A DNA stretch of 64,000 bases from Acanthaster planci (lineage: Eukaryota): contig NW_019091361.1 in assembly GCF_001949145.1 (NCBI RefSeq), forward strand, positions 1,267,588-1,331,587, in the 5' to 3' direction. The translations under genes were made by a program, and so were the position numbers. The notes below the pieces were generated by a model. That model searched no databases, was not told the origin of the DNA, and saw only the letters and a list, made by a program, of their open reading frames with translations. The first letter of the stretch is position 1. Each line of letters opens with the position of its first letter. Positions 1 through 13,750 of this stretch are shown piece by piece.

Positions 1-3000
1 CAACTTATACATGTACATGTACATGTAGACCTTTTTCCTGTGATGTCATAATCTTGCTAGACCGCGTGATGGTAATGAGTGGATAGTGTTGTAATGGTAA
101 TCTACTTATTCAAGATAAACTAGTCAAGCATGCAGCGTTCGCGCATGCGGTTGTTTGTGGTTGAAGCTGCCATAGGAATAAATGCGATCACCGTGGCCAA
201 GGCGGTCCACACGTTTAGCGCGATCCAGTCACGTGGGTGAAATAGGTCTGTAGAGGTTATGCGTTGCTGGCGTCTCAATGATGTCTCAGAGGGTGTTTTT
301 GTTACAACAAATACACAAAAGGTTTACTCGAGCCTATCCCAGTGATACAAAATTTTTGCCCTCAGAGGACCCTAAGAAGCAAGAGATGGGTGGGGGGCAA
401 TTGGGGGCCAGCCGTCCCCTGGAGAATTTTTTTAAATGTGGTGGGTGATTTTTTGTCAATTTCCGTTTCTCTTCCTTCCAAAGGTATGCTATGTAAAAAA
501 GGCACCAAAATACTGCCTCAATGAAAGGTCACAAAGTAATTTTCAAACATTTCTGGCCTCCCCCAGAAAATTTGCCTGCCCCCGAAAGTTTGGTCCTGAA
601 GTCACCCTTAAATCAAAGAAGATATATACCAAATTTATTGAACAAAGTTAAAGAGACCCCCCAAAATGCATAAATCTTCCCAAACTCACCCAAAGTGTTT
701 CAAATTAATTAAAACTAACATGGCGTTGCAAACACAATATGTGTATATCATGCTTTGTTTTGTCCAGTCACAGCATAATGCCTGACACACTGTTAGTCTT
801 TGAAAATCATTTTATTTCTAGCTCTTACCATCCCTTTAGTACATCAGAAATTCTACAATTGATCAGAACACATCTCAGAAATGTATCTCCAAGTAACATT
901 TATTTTAACCCAAATGCTACAGTTGGGTTAACATACTGTACAGCATCATGGGCTACAAAAAGTACAAGACAATTTTGGGCTGCAGCAAGCAATGTATCCC
1001 CCAAATTTGAAGGGAATCTGCTAGTTCAAATGTAGAAAGGACTGGTTAAATGAGGAAAAGAAAAATTGTAAATCATTTGAACTCCCCCCCCCCAGTCTGA
1101 TGGCAGTACAATTGAACAGAACATGCACATTATGTTAAAATACGATGGAATGTATCTATGAATGGGAGAGAATCTTGAAGTTAGGATGAACCCATAAGTT
1201 GTGGCTCATTGAATGTGAAATGTATCAATTGGGGTTATCTTGGGAGGGAAAACAATCGTCCACTCCTTTTGTAACTTCAGGATAATGACCATTTTGTTTT
1301 CCTGGCTTTAATGGTTTCTTGAAGTATAATGCAACAAAACTTAATCTATCTCATATACAAATTAATCACTTTCAGTTGAAAACTAATCCAATCATACATT
1401 TTCAACTTCATTACAGCAGCACTGATTTCTGTTGATTTCTAAAAATCTACGTATTGAACACAACAATGAAAACACCCAAAATGAAGATGTAACTGAACTG
1501 GCTGGAAAGTTTACACAGTAATAGGTTACCCAGGTAAAGCAAAATTACTTGCACATACATCATGAAAAAAAGGGTTTGAATTTCAGAAATTGATAGTTGA
1601 TCATTTCAGTATTAACAAAAGACTAAAGCAGTGCTGAAATTTACATGTATGTACCATACTATTTTCATGTTAAGTATGGCCATGTAAAGATAACTTGGCT
1701 GCGGCTTCAATATACACACGAGTCTATGGTTCTGGCTTCAGCCATTTCCCACTGGTTTTTACACAAGTTTACGCCACAACTAAGTCATTTGGACATGGCC
1801 CAAATGTTAATTCCGCAGAATTTAATTCCACAAAAAATCCACCTTAATAAAAACATACTTTAGTTCAATTCTCCATTTGAGGGAATTATGCATCGACAAT
1901 GAAGGAACGGGTTATCATTTGTTGAGTTCGCTGATTAGAGAGCATCTGAAACCCTTCCCATCTAATTCTGGAACAGTCCATCTAATTCTGGAACCAGTAA
2001 TAAAACAAGCGTGCTGATGGATACACCTGCTACGCTCCTGCCTCACACACTGATTCTTCTGGTGAATTTTGTGTTAGCCTACTGTGCAATCAATGATACA
2101 CAACTTAAAGTTGTACACTTGCCATGAAGAAACAACAATGCTCGCAATCATAGAATTACAGAATCAAAGACATCTAGTGTTTCCAAAACAATGTGGGAAA
2201 CATTTCAGTTGGTAATCTTTGCTTTGGCACCAAATGAATTGCAAAAAGCCCAAGTTAATGCGGGGAAACGATTAACATGTATTATGATTTTGCTTGATTG
2301 TTCACAAATTGGACTAGTAGAGGGCGCTTGTCTACTTACTGTTAAAGTCAATTGCCAAATTGTAGCCAGCAGCATATGCAAATTAATCTAAAAATAGAAC
2401 CGTATCCGTGCAGCGGAGGGACATGTCTCCAACGACTTAGATTTTTGGCAGGTAGAGACGAGTTGAAAAGAAAACAGAGTTGGCTTTGGAAGGGAAGGAA
2501 GGAGGTGGTGGGTTTTTGTAATGGCATCTTGTGAACCCTAAGCCACGCCGGTTGGTGAAGATGGTTTGTCTCCTCCCCTGGGTGCATGTCAAGCTGAGCA
2601 CCCAGCAGCGCAACCCCGCGCATACTACATTAATGCCTAATTACTTTGTACGTGTACGAATGCAATCTATGTACTTCAACATGCAAAACACTACGTCTGC
2701 ATGGGGTACGCGCCCGTCGATATAAAAACCCGGTTCCATTTCTTGGGCTGAGTACCCTAAACAAAATTCCACATATGAAATGTACGTGAACTTTAACAGT
2801 GAAGGGCAGAATTGCTGAAAAATCTTATCTTGCCACTGAAAAACCACAGTCATAACTCCAGTTCAGAGATCGATGGAGCTTCTTACAAATTAAAGGCAAT
2901 ACTTCATTTAATAAAAACGTGGGGGGGGGAGAGATTTCCCTTTAACTTTTAGATCAATGTGCTGCTTCCTATGTATGAAAAAAGAGCCCATTTTCGGGCA

Positions 3001-5131
3001 CATGGTCAGCCGCGATTGCGCATAATGCCATATGTGAAGTGTTCTTTATATTTTAAGGGTACCCAGTTAAAAAAAATGGGTACCCAGTGCCAAAAATACC
3101 CGTAAACGCACACCCGTACAACACCAATTAACACCTAAAGGTACAACCAAATTCTAACCCGGGTTATTTAAATTAGTACATGTTTAATGGTTAATAGAAA
3201 TTGGAGTGTGCCACTATTGTCCAGATTGATAATCTCCAATTGTGCCTTCTTAAAGTTCTCCCTCATATCATAAATATATTCATAGATAAAAATCTCAAAT
3301 TTATTAAATTTTCTTTCAATGAATATTTGCATTGATCACAGAATGAGTAAAATTTTAAAGATATAACTGTAAAGCATGCTTTATTAAAGCTCATAAATGT
3401 TGAATCGGCAACAAAATACAGTGTATTTTGGCAGATTTTTCTTACTCTGACCACATGTTAAGGAAGTCTTCAGCAAGGTTCATAACTGCAGTAAAACTTC
3501 AAGCGATAATGTTCAATCCATGTTGATCAGCTTCACAACTTTGATTCCTCCCACTGAGATTCAAACACGGATGTAACGCCATGCTACACCGAGAAATTGC
3601 ACTCAAGCTTTCGAAAACGCAATATAAATATGACAATAATTAATTTTGAAGATAAAATCCTGCACAGCTCCATTTGCTGACTGATCGGTGGGTTGACAAT
3701 TCAAAAGGTTTCAAAACCGAGTCTAAAACTTATATTAAATTGCACAAATCTGTGGACGATTTTGATGAATGTGGAAAATAAAGCCAAAGTTGTTAATGTT
3801 TAGAGAGGTAGTGTAACAGTGTCCAGCAACCAAATACACGTACAAGAATCTCATTCTTGTTCCAATAATTACTGCACCATCAAACATTCACTTGCACAAG
3901 AAAATACAGTACAACGATAACAGGCTCAGTCTGAACAAAACAAACTACTTTCTGCCAAGAATGACATCACAGTGTACAGGAACTTTCAGCATTCTTTACA
4001 GGCAGCATGACAGTTTTCACTATTTTCCACCGGACGTTTGTGGACTGCAGTCAGAGTATCTTTNNNNNNNNNNNNNNNNNNNNNNNNNNNNNNNNNNNNN
4101 NNNNNNNNNNNNNNNNNNNNNNNNNNNNNNNNNNNNNNNNNNNNNNNNNNNNNNNNNNNNNNNNNNNNNNNNNNNNNNNNNNNNNNNNNNNNNNNNNNNN
4201 NNNNNNNNNNNNNNNNNNNNNNNNNNNNNNNNNNNNNNNNNNNNNNNNNNNNNNNNNNNNNNNNNNNNNNNNNNNNNNNNNNNNNNNNNNNNNNNNNNNN
4301 NNNNNNNNNNNNNNNNNNNNNNNNNNNNNNNNNNNNNNNNNNNNNNNNNNNNNNNNNNNNNNNNNNNNNNNNNNNNNNNNNNNNNNNNNNNNNNNNNNNN
4401 NNNNNNNNNNNNNNNNNNNNNNNNNNNNNNNNNNNNNNNNNNNNNNNNNNNNNNNNNNNNNNNNNNNNNNNNNNNNNNNNNNNTGCAGTCTGACAAATTG
4501 TTTGAAGGAAATTTCAAGGCAGGAGTCTCAAAAGCAAAGTCAAAAGCAAAAATTTAAACAGTGAGAGTGTGTTTCCATGTGACGCTGGTGTAATGTCTGA
4601 TCAAAAGCTGATCGTGGCAGAACAAGATTGATTGTGTTAGACCGCATTTTGGACTTATTTTGCACTCTGCCCACACAAGATTTTGCGTGTGCATGTTAAG
4701 GGGACAATTTCTATTCGGCAAATTAGGACCGAGTTGTGGCGACATTTCTTTGTCCCTACAACATTTTTGGTCCAGAATAAAATTGACGTAATGACACGTT
4801 TGTCCCCACAACTACATAGCCATACCTGCCAACATGGAGAAGTCAGAAATCGGGACTCCCATTTTATGGGTTCAAAGCAAGATGGAGAGCCGTGCCGGAG
4901 AAGCCATTTTACACATGTAAAATCATATACGAAGCTAACACCTGCCATTCTGACATAGCAAATAGCACCCTCTTTTGCTGAAACTTCTCTAGTATTTTTT
5001 TTTCTAATGCAAATTGGAATGTTCTGTTTGCGCTCTGAATATTAAAAAAAATCGGGACAGTAAATTAGGAATGATTTGGGGGTAAGCGGAACAAGTACAT
5101 GTGTGTGTACAACAATGTACATGTACGTCTT

Positions 5132-5447
5132 TCATTCCTTTGGTTTGGCCGAAACACACTTCAGGGTGACATAGGGGATACCAAAGTTGGTGTAGTGGTC
5201 CTTGGGCCAGTAGCGGAGGACGGGACCCATCTCAGGAAACTCATTCATGGCATCAAAGTAGGCAAAGAGCATGACTGAGCTGTAGGAGGCAACCAGAACC
5301 AGGATGTGCCAGAAGCAGTGGAGATAGGGGAAGGACACCAACAGCCAGAAGTCACAGAACAAACGATCCAGAACCCAACAGGTGGTGGCCAAGACCCACA
5401 AACACAAGTTGGTGCGACCGAGTCGGGTCACTCGCGGACAGTGGACC
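5132..5447 (-). CDS. ACER2: ACER exon 4 (to stop)
   Basis: AG acceptor at 5449-5448; [19 protein letters not shown] motifs; TGA ends at 5132. Confidence 0.9.
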
Positions 5448-7142
5448 CTTTGAAAAAATTACATTTTTCAATTTGAGAATTTTCAAATGTAAACGTATCA
5501 CCACTTAACCGGATTTAAACGTAAAAATATGAATAAATACACATCTTTTGCGGGGTGGTCTGCTATCGTCAAAGCTTTGACATTTGTTCTCGTTAGACAC
5601 ACGGCTTACCTCTTGAGCTCCAGGTACAATGTAATGACGCCAGGAACAATAAAAAGCATCATCAGGAAGGAGTTGAGCCATGGCTTGACAAAGGCGATCA
5701 CTGTTCCACACAGTGTCAATATGGTTATGATGATACGGAAAACCTTCCTGAAAAAAAAGATAGCAAAACGAAACGAAAATGAAGCATTACAAAAGAGCGA
5801 GTCAAGCAGGTCTGTTCTGAAGTTTCTGAACCAGTTGGCTCATCAGACCTGTGTCAATCTCGGTATTACCTTACACGAAACGAGTGAGAATATTCTCCCC
5901 TGATGCCAGTCCATTGCAGGTTGCTCCGTCCCCTGCTAATGCCAGTACCATCTTGTACTCTAGGGTGGAGAGAGGCAAGCTGAGGCAAAGTGCTTGCCCA
6001 AGGCTACTTAGCTGCATTTGAAGCCATGACCCTCTGGTCATGAGTCACAAACATTAAAAACTACTAACCCCTTTTTAGGCTTTCACAAATGTTTCTATTC
6101 CATTTTTCAGTATAATATCACCATGGAAACCCGAGGCCCATTACGCAAACTGCAACCCATCGAAAAAGTGCTATAAAATATACCGGTATCTGATATGACA
6201 CAAAAGAATCACTACATCCACAGATCATTTTAACAAACCTATTTCCATTGAGGACTCTCGGATAGTATCGCCGTGGAAACCACAGGCCTGCACCGCACAA
6301 GACCACCCACAGAATAGCAACTTCATCAAGCAGTTGGCCCACCAGGCTCAGGGTGCTGTGGAAGTAGACGGAGCACGCTCCGACAACCATCAGGAGCAGC
6401 CATATCAGGTTGATGGAAGGGTTGACACGCTGCGCGTACTCCTTGGATAGTGCCCACATGAGGGGCGGGAACACAAAGAAGAGGGCATTGCTGATCTGGA
6501 GGGAGTGGGGAATTTCTCACGTCAGAACTGAGCAATACGAATGGGAAATTGCTGAGGAACGATCGAGTGGGCTACACATGCCCCCAATACATGTACATTG
6601 TATGTAGGTGTCAAGCCCATCCATGAATAAATTATTGGCAAGCCTTATTACCAACTCACCTGTGTACTCAATGAATGTACAGGCTACAGCATCTACCGGA
6701 ATACAGGTACATGTAAGTTTTTGGCTTATTGTATGCATGTATATATATTTGAGTGCAAAACGGCATGGTTGAACATGTAGATGTATACATAAAACAGGAC
6801 TGTTTTACAATATTAATGAGCAATTTTTACATTCAATTTACAATTGAGAGCTCAGGGTGGCATACATCATGAACATGTAGTAAAGTTAAGGTACTAGTGC
6901 ACTTACACTGCACCCACCTTGCCTTGCTAGGCACCCAAGATAGAGAGGGGAAATTTGGAACGAGTTGTAGGACTTACACATGCATAGTCCCAGCAACTGA
7001 GCAACAAAATCATTTGAGTCCAAATCAGTGGGCAGCAAACTCTACTCACTGTGTTGTAGAATTCAGCAATGAATGGAAACACTGAGTAATTATCTTCACA
7101 CCAATCAATCTCAGAACTTCCCGGGGTCAGGTCCTTGAGCAT
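5132..7142 (-). CDS. ACER2: Alkaline ceramidase (ACER1/2-like, CREST family), complete, 4 coding exons, 267 aa
   Basis: Exons 7142-7050, 6495-6239, 5747-5610 and 5447-5132 have GT-AG ends and compatible phases (804 nt). Motifs: WCEDNY...[44 protein letters not shown] and LDE-AILWV favour ACER1/2 over ACER3. Confidence 0.92.
5610..5747 (-). CDS. ACER2: ACER exon 3 ([45 protein letters not shown])
   Basis: TTTTTTTCAG acceptor, GTAAG donor, phase 2-2; absent from the ORF track. Confidence 0.88.
5942..6050 (-). mobile_element. Degraded SINE fragment, same family as 46137-46494
   Basis: Reverse complement reads CCTTGGGCAAGCACTTTGCCTCAGCTTGCCTCTCTCCACCCTAGAGT, matching the central part of the 46 kb SINE. 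Confidence 0.55.
6239..6495 (-). CDS. ACER2: ACER exon 2 (ISNALFF...RVLNGN)
   Basis: CTCCAG acceptor, GTTTG donor; contains SVYFHST and LLDE. Confidence 0.9.
7050..7142 (-). CDS. ACER2: ACER exon 1 ([31 protein letters not shown])
   Basis: ATG at 7142, GTGAGT donor at 7049, phase 0. Confidence 0.9.
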
Positions 7143-7543
7143 GGTGTGAGTTCCTCAAATCCCTGGCAGTGCACCTGAAGTCGTCCAACATAGAACTTTC
7201 GTTTCAAGTATACATGTACCTGTACAGTAACCTTGGTACCTCTGCAAAAATTCACACAATAAACAATCGGTATGAAGTTACCCGTTTACTCAATTTTAAA
7301 CAATTTACTTACAGCTTTCCTTTTCTTTTACAAGCACCTAGTCAGTTTCTCTATATAGTTTCTTTCATAATATATGCTCAAAAAGCCGTATCCTCTTTAA
7401 GCGATCCCTGTTCACCACTTCCCAGATTGTATCCTGGTATTGGGGTGTGATCCTTGGCTATATAGTGTTTCAGGTTTAATGGCTTCTGGCTAGCGCCCCC
7501 TGAACAGAGTTACTGACAAATGGCCGAAGAGCCACCAATGTAA

Positions 7544-7593
7544 GGCTGGATAGCTCAGTTGGTAGAGCACTGGTATGGTAGTCCAGAGGTCAC
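7544..7593 (+). mobile_element. 5' half of a tRNA-derived SINE head, split by an insertion; 3' half at 9249-9275
   Basis: GGCTGGATAGCTCAGTTGGTAGAGCAC (A box); B box GGTTCAAATCCC resumes at 9259. Confidence 0.6.
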
Positions 7594-9248
7594 AAGGCTT
7601 GACTAAAGTCGGGATCTCTGTGAATTCGGTTATGCTTTGGATATATATTGAGACCGTACCACGCGCTGTTACTTGCTTCGCGCCCTCTTGTGTCCACTTA
7701 TCACTAGGAATTTAGTTCAGAAATCCCGACTTGATGAATCTACCAACCATTTTTACACAGCGAATGGGCTCATCTACCAAAAGTGGTAGCAGCCAATCAC
7801 ATTGCCAGACTTGTTTTTACGTTGTTCAAACCTGCATTATAACGAATGTGTCTACAAGTCTGACTACTTTGATTGGTGGAAATTTTGTATGCATCATGCA
7901 AGATCATGTCGTTCATATGCAATTGTGAATAACTACATATTACTGACGGGGGTCCGATTGGCTTATCTGTCGAGTCAGACTTACTGATTGGTGACATATG
8001 ACACACGTTCTACAAAAAAGGCTATCAAATGGGGGTGCCTTATAAGTATGGAATTCCATATCTACCATCGTCCGTCGTCCATCGCCTGTCATGCGTCGCC
8101 CGTCGTCTGTCATTTTTATTTTTGACCCTTGATCGTTTCACATGTACATATCCTTGATCGATCAATCCACCCTGCCTGACTCTATTTTTAGCAATAGAAC
8201 TAGAAGATGTATTCGTTTTTACAGTTGCGCCGAACTCCACTTGAGAGAAGAAATAATATCCTCACATCGGTAAAGTGACGTGTATTTGAAAAAATACCAT
8301 TTTTTGTTGCATAAATAAATTAACAAAACAGACTTTTGTTACGGAAGATTGTTTTTCTCGATAACTTAGTTACTCTAGACGTAACTTTACTCGTTAACGG
8401 CCTGACTTTAGGCCTATAGCCTATGTAATATTTTTGTCTGTCCCTGCACGATATCCCACAGAATGGAATGTAAATAATAGATTATTTACAATGTTTGATT
8501 CCTTAATAGNNNNNNNNNNNNNNNNNNNNNNNNNNNNNNNNNNNNNNNNNNNNNNNNNNNNNNNNNNNNNNNNNNNNNNNNNNNNNNNNNNNNNNNNNNN
8601 NNNNNNNNNNNNNNNNNNNNNNNNNNNNNNNNNNNNNNNNNNNNNNNNNNNNNNNNNNNNNNNNNGTTTGTTATCCACAGCATTGTCTAGTATTGCAAGG
8701 TGAAATTGAGAAGACAAAATGGAATATCTGTATCGGTTGGCAGATTTCTTTCTAGAATTTGATGGAAACAAGTGGGCACATTTTTAAAGTATGCAAATTA
8801 GAATTAGACTGTGGACAAGTTGGCCTGAACATTTTGGCTGAAAATGTTTTCCCCAAAACACTTGGTTGACTTCTCAGAGGGGCAGGGGTAGTTTAGCATT
8901 ATTGGCATTGATTATTGGACTAGTATTGCTGTGGGATTTGTACTTGCCTTATTGATCTAAAAGATCCTTAGAAGTGAATGGAATCATCACATTGTCATTT
9001 GTTAAACCCCGGCTTTTGCAGGTCCTATGCAACCCATTTGATGGGCGACCGACGACGCACGACCAACGACGCACGACGGACAACGCACAACGGACAACAC
9101 ACGATGCACGACGGGTGACGGAAAATGGCATGTTTGAAACTGGTCAATGGCAGAATTGGGACCCAACAAAAAGCAAAAAGCAATGGACGACGGCAGAAAA
9201 ATGGCTGACTGGGGAAGAGCAACGTAAGTCTGACTTGATTAAAGTCCA
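7594..9248. mobile_element. Non-autonomous DNA transposon (Mutator-like, ~9-bp TSD), contains an assembly gap
   Basis: Related quasi-palindromic ends AAGGCTTGACTAAAGTC and GACTTGATTAAAGTCCA; flanks AGAGGTCAC and AGAGGTTGC; 7596-8047 has an inverted homologue at 42333-42727. Confidence 0.55.
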
Positions 9249-10089
9249 AGAGGTTGCAGGTTCAAATCCCACTGTAAGTGTGACGTCCTTTGATAGACCA
9301 TGCAGGGGGGAAAACAAATCGGACATAAGAATCACAACTTGGGGATAAACCTTTTCAACGTGTGCAATACAGTATGATTGGATGACAAACAAGCAATGCA
9401 TGTCATGCATATCATCGAAGAAGTGCACAATGATGTTTCTTCTTAATTTATGTACTTGAAATCAAGACGCTCTTTTTCACACCCGTCTGCATTGTAGATT
9501 TGAGATCAAGTCATTCATAAAAATACATTTCAATGCTGAACAGAAGTAGAAAATTTGGGGATCGTGCAATGAGCTAAAATGACAAATCAGAATCAAAACT
9601 CGATACCATTCATCTCCCATGATCATGTTCATTTTTCAGCCTTTTGTAACAGGTGCCCTTTTGAAAAAAACAGCAAGGGGCAATTTGTTCTTGTTACAGA
9701 CTTCTAACAAATTGTTATTTTAAATCTTTCTTGTATACTATCCATCCATCACCAACTTGATGAGCAGGTCACGCAGGTACTGCTGAAATTGTTTTCTGAC
9801 GCATGTTTGAACAAAATTGAAGATTTGAAGAAAAATTTATTTTTGATTCCATGGCTCACTTCCTCTGTAAATTTATGCATGAAACACATAACTTATCAAT
9901 ATCATCCAACATGTCCAATCCCATGACGAAATGAGCATGTCAAAAAGGTAAAAAATTGTCCAATACTTAATAGGACTCTGTTCAAACATGTCAAACTTAC
10001 ATGTGTAAAACCATTCCTCTACTAAAACCACCGAATACTACATTTTGGAACTTGAAAAAAGCTGGACAATGGTACTTGTTCAAGCTCTA

Positions 10090-10582
10090 CTGAGTGGAGC
10101 GTTAGTAAAGGTATTCCTCTTTTTCAAATTTTGGACTGGATGCTGATCCAGTCCAAAATTCAAAAAAGAGGAATACTGGGGATTGCAATCGATTGTAAAT
10201 TTGGCATGCTTGGGGACTCTGCTCCTTTAATTGAAGGAGAGTTACATTTTAACTTTTGAATTGACCTTGGTAGATGACTGTGACATCATGCTGACTAACT
10301 GTAGGGTTGATTAATGTCAAAAAAGGGTCAGGTTTTGAGAGAAAACTGTGAGTGTTTTAAGACAGGACACACGGTAAGATGGTGGATTCAAATTTGCATG
10401 GCTAATTTATCAGTAATACAATCACAGTTTTCCACAAGTTACAATTTGAAATTTTCAAAAATAGGGTCAGCCAATAAAGAGAGTGTTGCAAGTTTTGCAA
10501 GATGAAAATGTCAAAAAAAATGGGGATCCTACATGTACATGTAAGTAAACAATCTACAGTAACAAACTGACGCTCCACTCAG
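10090..10582. mobile_element. MITE-like element with 17-bp TIRs and an internal hairpin
   Basis: CTGAGTGGAGCGTTAGT (10090) vs ACTGACGCTCCACTCAG (10566-10582), 16/17 inverted match; hairpin with 31-bp arms at 10111-10176. Confidence 0.5.
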
Positions 10583-13519
10583 CACTTAAGTTAATGTTAA
10601 TTAAGGCGGTGTTGTTAGTACGACGACATGATGAACAGTGTCACTCACACTCAGGGTGAGCATGGTGTTCTGGTGATGGAGAAACAAAAGAAGGCTGAAT
10701 TCAGAGCTCGGGAGAAGATTTAGTCAGTGAATTCACTTACCAAAACCGGGGGCGAAAAGTCCAGGATGAATTGGAAACTGGAAGTCAACGAAGCCAGCTC
10801 CGCGCTAACTGTCAGGCTGTTGCCAGTTGAATATTTTGATACATTAGAACTAGTAGTAGGCCTATGCAGCATCAAAGTGTCACTGTAAGCGATAACCGCG
10901 GTCATACCCACTGCTAGACCAATTTTTTTTTTGGGGGGGGGGGTAGTCTGCTAATACTAATAATAGTGCAATTAATTAATTCTCCACATGTCAACCCATG
11001 CTGCACCATGCACTTTTCGCTGATGTACACGAACCAGTACGTACGTACGTAGTACCTTACCACAGATGGCAATAATTTGCAGCGGAAGGGGTGAACAAAC
11101 TTTCAGTTAAAGAAAGTTTGTTGACATTAAGCTTGAGGGCGCTTTGGTGTAAACAAGCCACTGTTTGCTGTGTCACGTCAGGCTACTGATGAATCCCCCC
11201 AAGAGAAAACCTGATGAGGAGTTATCAGAGTCTAGATATTGAGTTTCTTAAATGGAGGTTGTTTAGTATGGGCAGAGCCATTTTGTTAATGCAATCAGTT
11301 AATGCAAAAGTGCACCGACGCTGCTTACCGCTAAATTTTACCCATTTTAACAGGATGCATGTCCACTTCCTTTCAAAAACTTTCATTTGAATTCATCGGA
11401 TGGATTGTGTCTCATTGTTTGAAGACTTCATCCATTCATCCCCACTACCAGAACCACAGTGGAGCACATAACCGCGGGAATTTCACGAAGAAAACACCAC
11501 AAAGAAACTTGAAAATAACCAGAAGTCATGAGTCGGAATTATGTGATTTTATGGTGTTCATTAATTTAATCAGTGCAAATTAACGGGTTAAGTCACTATA
11601 CTAGTACCACGAGATTATTCATACATATCGTGACAGGTAACTTTTGACGATGATGGCCGTTTAAATTGTGCAATGTGAGATGTGGCATTTTGAAGCTTCA
11701 TCAAATAATCCATATTTGAATTCAATATTATGTTGATCACATGTACAGGTACAATATTTGATGAATGTAATGACAGACCAGTGTCACGCACCTGCTACGA
11801 TTAGAAATTTGAAACTGCATGACAAAAATGGTACCAGTCGAGGTGTAATAGAGCCCTCAATAGATTGGCTCAGTGTACAGCTGTTTTCAGCAGACTTTTC
11901 GTCCTCTGCATACAAATATTTGCTTTAAGTAATTACATTCCGGCTATTACTAAGGCAGTTCAATTCTCACCAACACTTAACAGTTTTACGTTCAAACTAC
12001 CAAAATTTTAATCACAACGAAACAATTCGCTTGCCAATTAATTGGGTAAGGAATTCAAGTTAAGGGGGGGTCAACTTACCACCAAACAACACAGTACCGA
12101 GCCTGAGTGTAAGTACACATGTACACTGTATTTGTAAACATTATCGGACGCTCACACAACTCTGAAAAGAAAAGCATCAGTCCTCACGATCCCGGAATAG
12201 AAAAATGTATATATAGAGTACAGTATATTGACATTCAGTCATTTTTGCGCGAAATCAAATGTACCTCCGCAATCCTACATTCATCTTAATTTGAATTCAA
12301 TCGATTTTGCAAAATGCGCAGGCGATTTCGCGCGAAGTGTTATCTAAAGGTATGCCTGTTCAAGAATTAGAATACTTTTGTGTGCTAACAAAAGTTATAT
12401 GTGTAGAAGGGCTTAGTTGAATGGTTACATGTTTGAATATTCACGACTGAAATAGGTCATTCATGTCGTCTTTAAAAACATACTAACTATTGTACCAATC
12501 CTTTACAAACACCGACGCTGAGGTAACCTTTCCTTCTTGTGCTACATTTTTGTCAAAATCAAAATTCACGCATGGCCTTCTTGCAGTGGCTGAACGGGAA
12601 GATACAGAAAAATCATAGACTTTATTTCAGTTGGTGTACAGTTTGATGACAAACACACTATAATCCTTCATGAGTAACATTACATTCATTATCAAAGTGG
12701 TGTCATGATTTCTGTAACCCTGTATATTTCCAATCAAATGGAATGCAAATTTTGTGAATTTGAATTACAGCAAATGAAAATGAATACTCAATACCGACAG
12801 TTTACGGTTAAAGACAGATTTTCAGTGAATAACATTGCACATTGGCTACAACTGACAACGAATATGTCAAATTGAAATCCTACTCACTTATCTGTAACCT
12901 CTTAAATGAAACACAATGCACATTCGTTTGAAAGATGGAAAACAAAGTCGAATGCTTGTATTACGAAAATGAAACCAGGTTTTAAGTCGTTTTCAAAATC
13001 CACGCCAAATTTAATTTTTATTCTACAAATTAAACAGCCCATTTTCCAAAATTGGCTGGGAAAACCTATAGTTATGAACCACCAGTGAGCGGCTATCGAT
13101 TTTCTTACAGTCACTTTCGAATCAATGTTGACAGCCTTGCATCTATTAAATAGTGTGAAATCAACTTGTCCCCGAAGAGTGTATGTGAGCATTACATTGA
13201 CCTGAAAATTCAACACCTCAACAGAAATTGTCATATACTTATTTCGGCTGATTTAAATCCAGACTGAGAGACACTCAATTAAGGTGCAGTTGCAAATCTT
13301 TCAAAACTTATCGACTATTTTTTTTAATTTCAAAAGTGAATTACAATGTCCCATATACTGTCAAAACAACACTGAACATTTGACATTAAACAATTTCTGA
13401 CGTGTTCAACACTTAGGTGTTATAAATAGGTCAGCGTAATTAATACTACTGAAGTTCCACTACAGACAGTATGAAAATTGTTTTACAATTCATCAGGCTC
13501 AGCTCTTGATTACTGTTGC

Positions 13520-13750
13520 TTACAGGGACATGTCACACACAGAGTCATTCCCTTCAAGGACTTCGGCGGGATTTGATTCCGGTTCCACGGCCGCACCCAA
13601 CAAAGTGGGCAAACTGATGCTGATGTTGGACGGGGAAACTGATGGGTTATCCTCACTTGCTTCATTCTGATCCTTCTTGATAGTGAGGGTCTTAGGTGCT
13701 TCCGAGCTCCCCCTCATCAGCAGACTTACTTTGCAACAGGCAAGAGCAAT
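13520..13750 (-). CDS. aGPCR terminal exon (cytoplasmic tail)
   Basis: CCTAG acceptor; IALACCK (possible palmitoylation Cys pair), Ser/Pro/Glu-rich tail, TAA. Confidence 0.65.
   Translation of the reverse strand: MALACCKVSLLMRGSSEAPKTLTIKKDQNEASEDNPSVSPSNISISLPTLLGAAVEPESNPAEVLEGNDSVCDMSL

Noticed and set aside
3892..4564. Long ORFs in the track (also 8421-8771 and 38883-39452)
   Set aside because: Artefacts of translating through N gaps.
7544..7597. Functional tRNA gene (also 46137-46210 and 62910-62980)
   Set aside because: The cloverleaf is interrupted or mismatched and continues into SINE bodies.
10720..10911. 63-aa minus-strand ORF with a GTAAGT donor near 10740
   Set aside because: No recognisable domain and no link to neighbouring CDSs. 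It could be a UTR exon, but that is unsupported.
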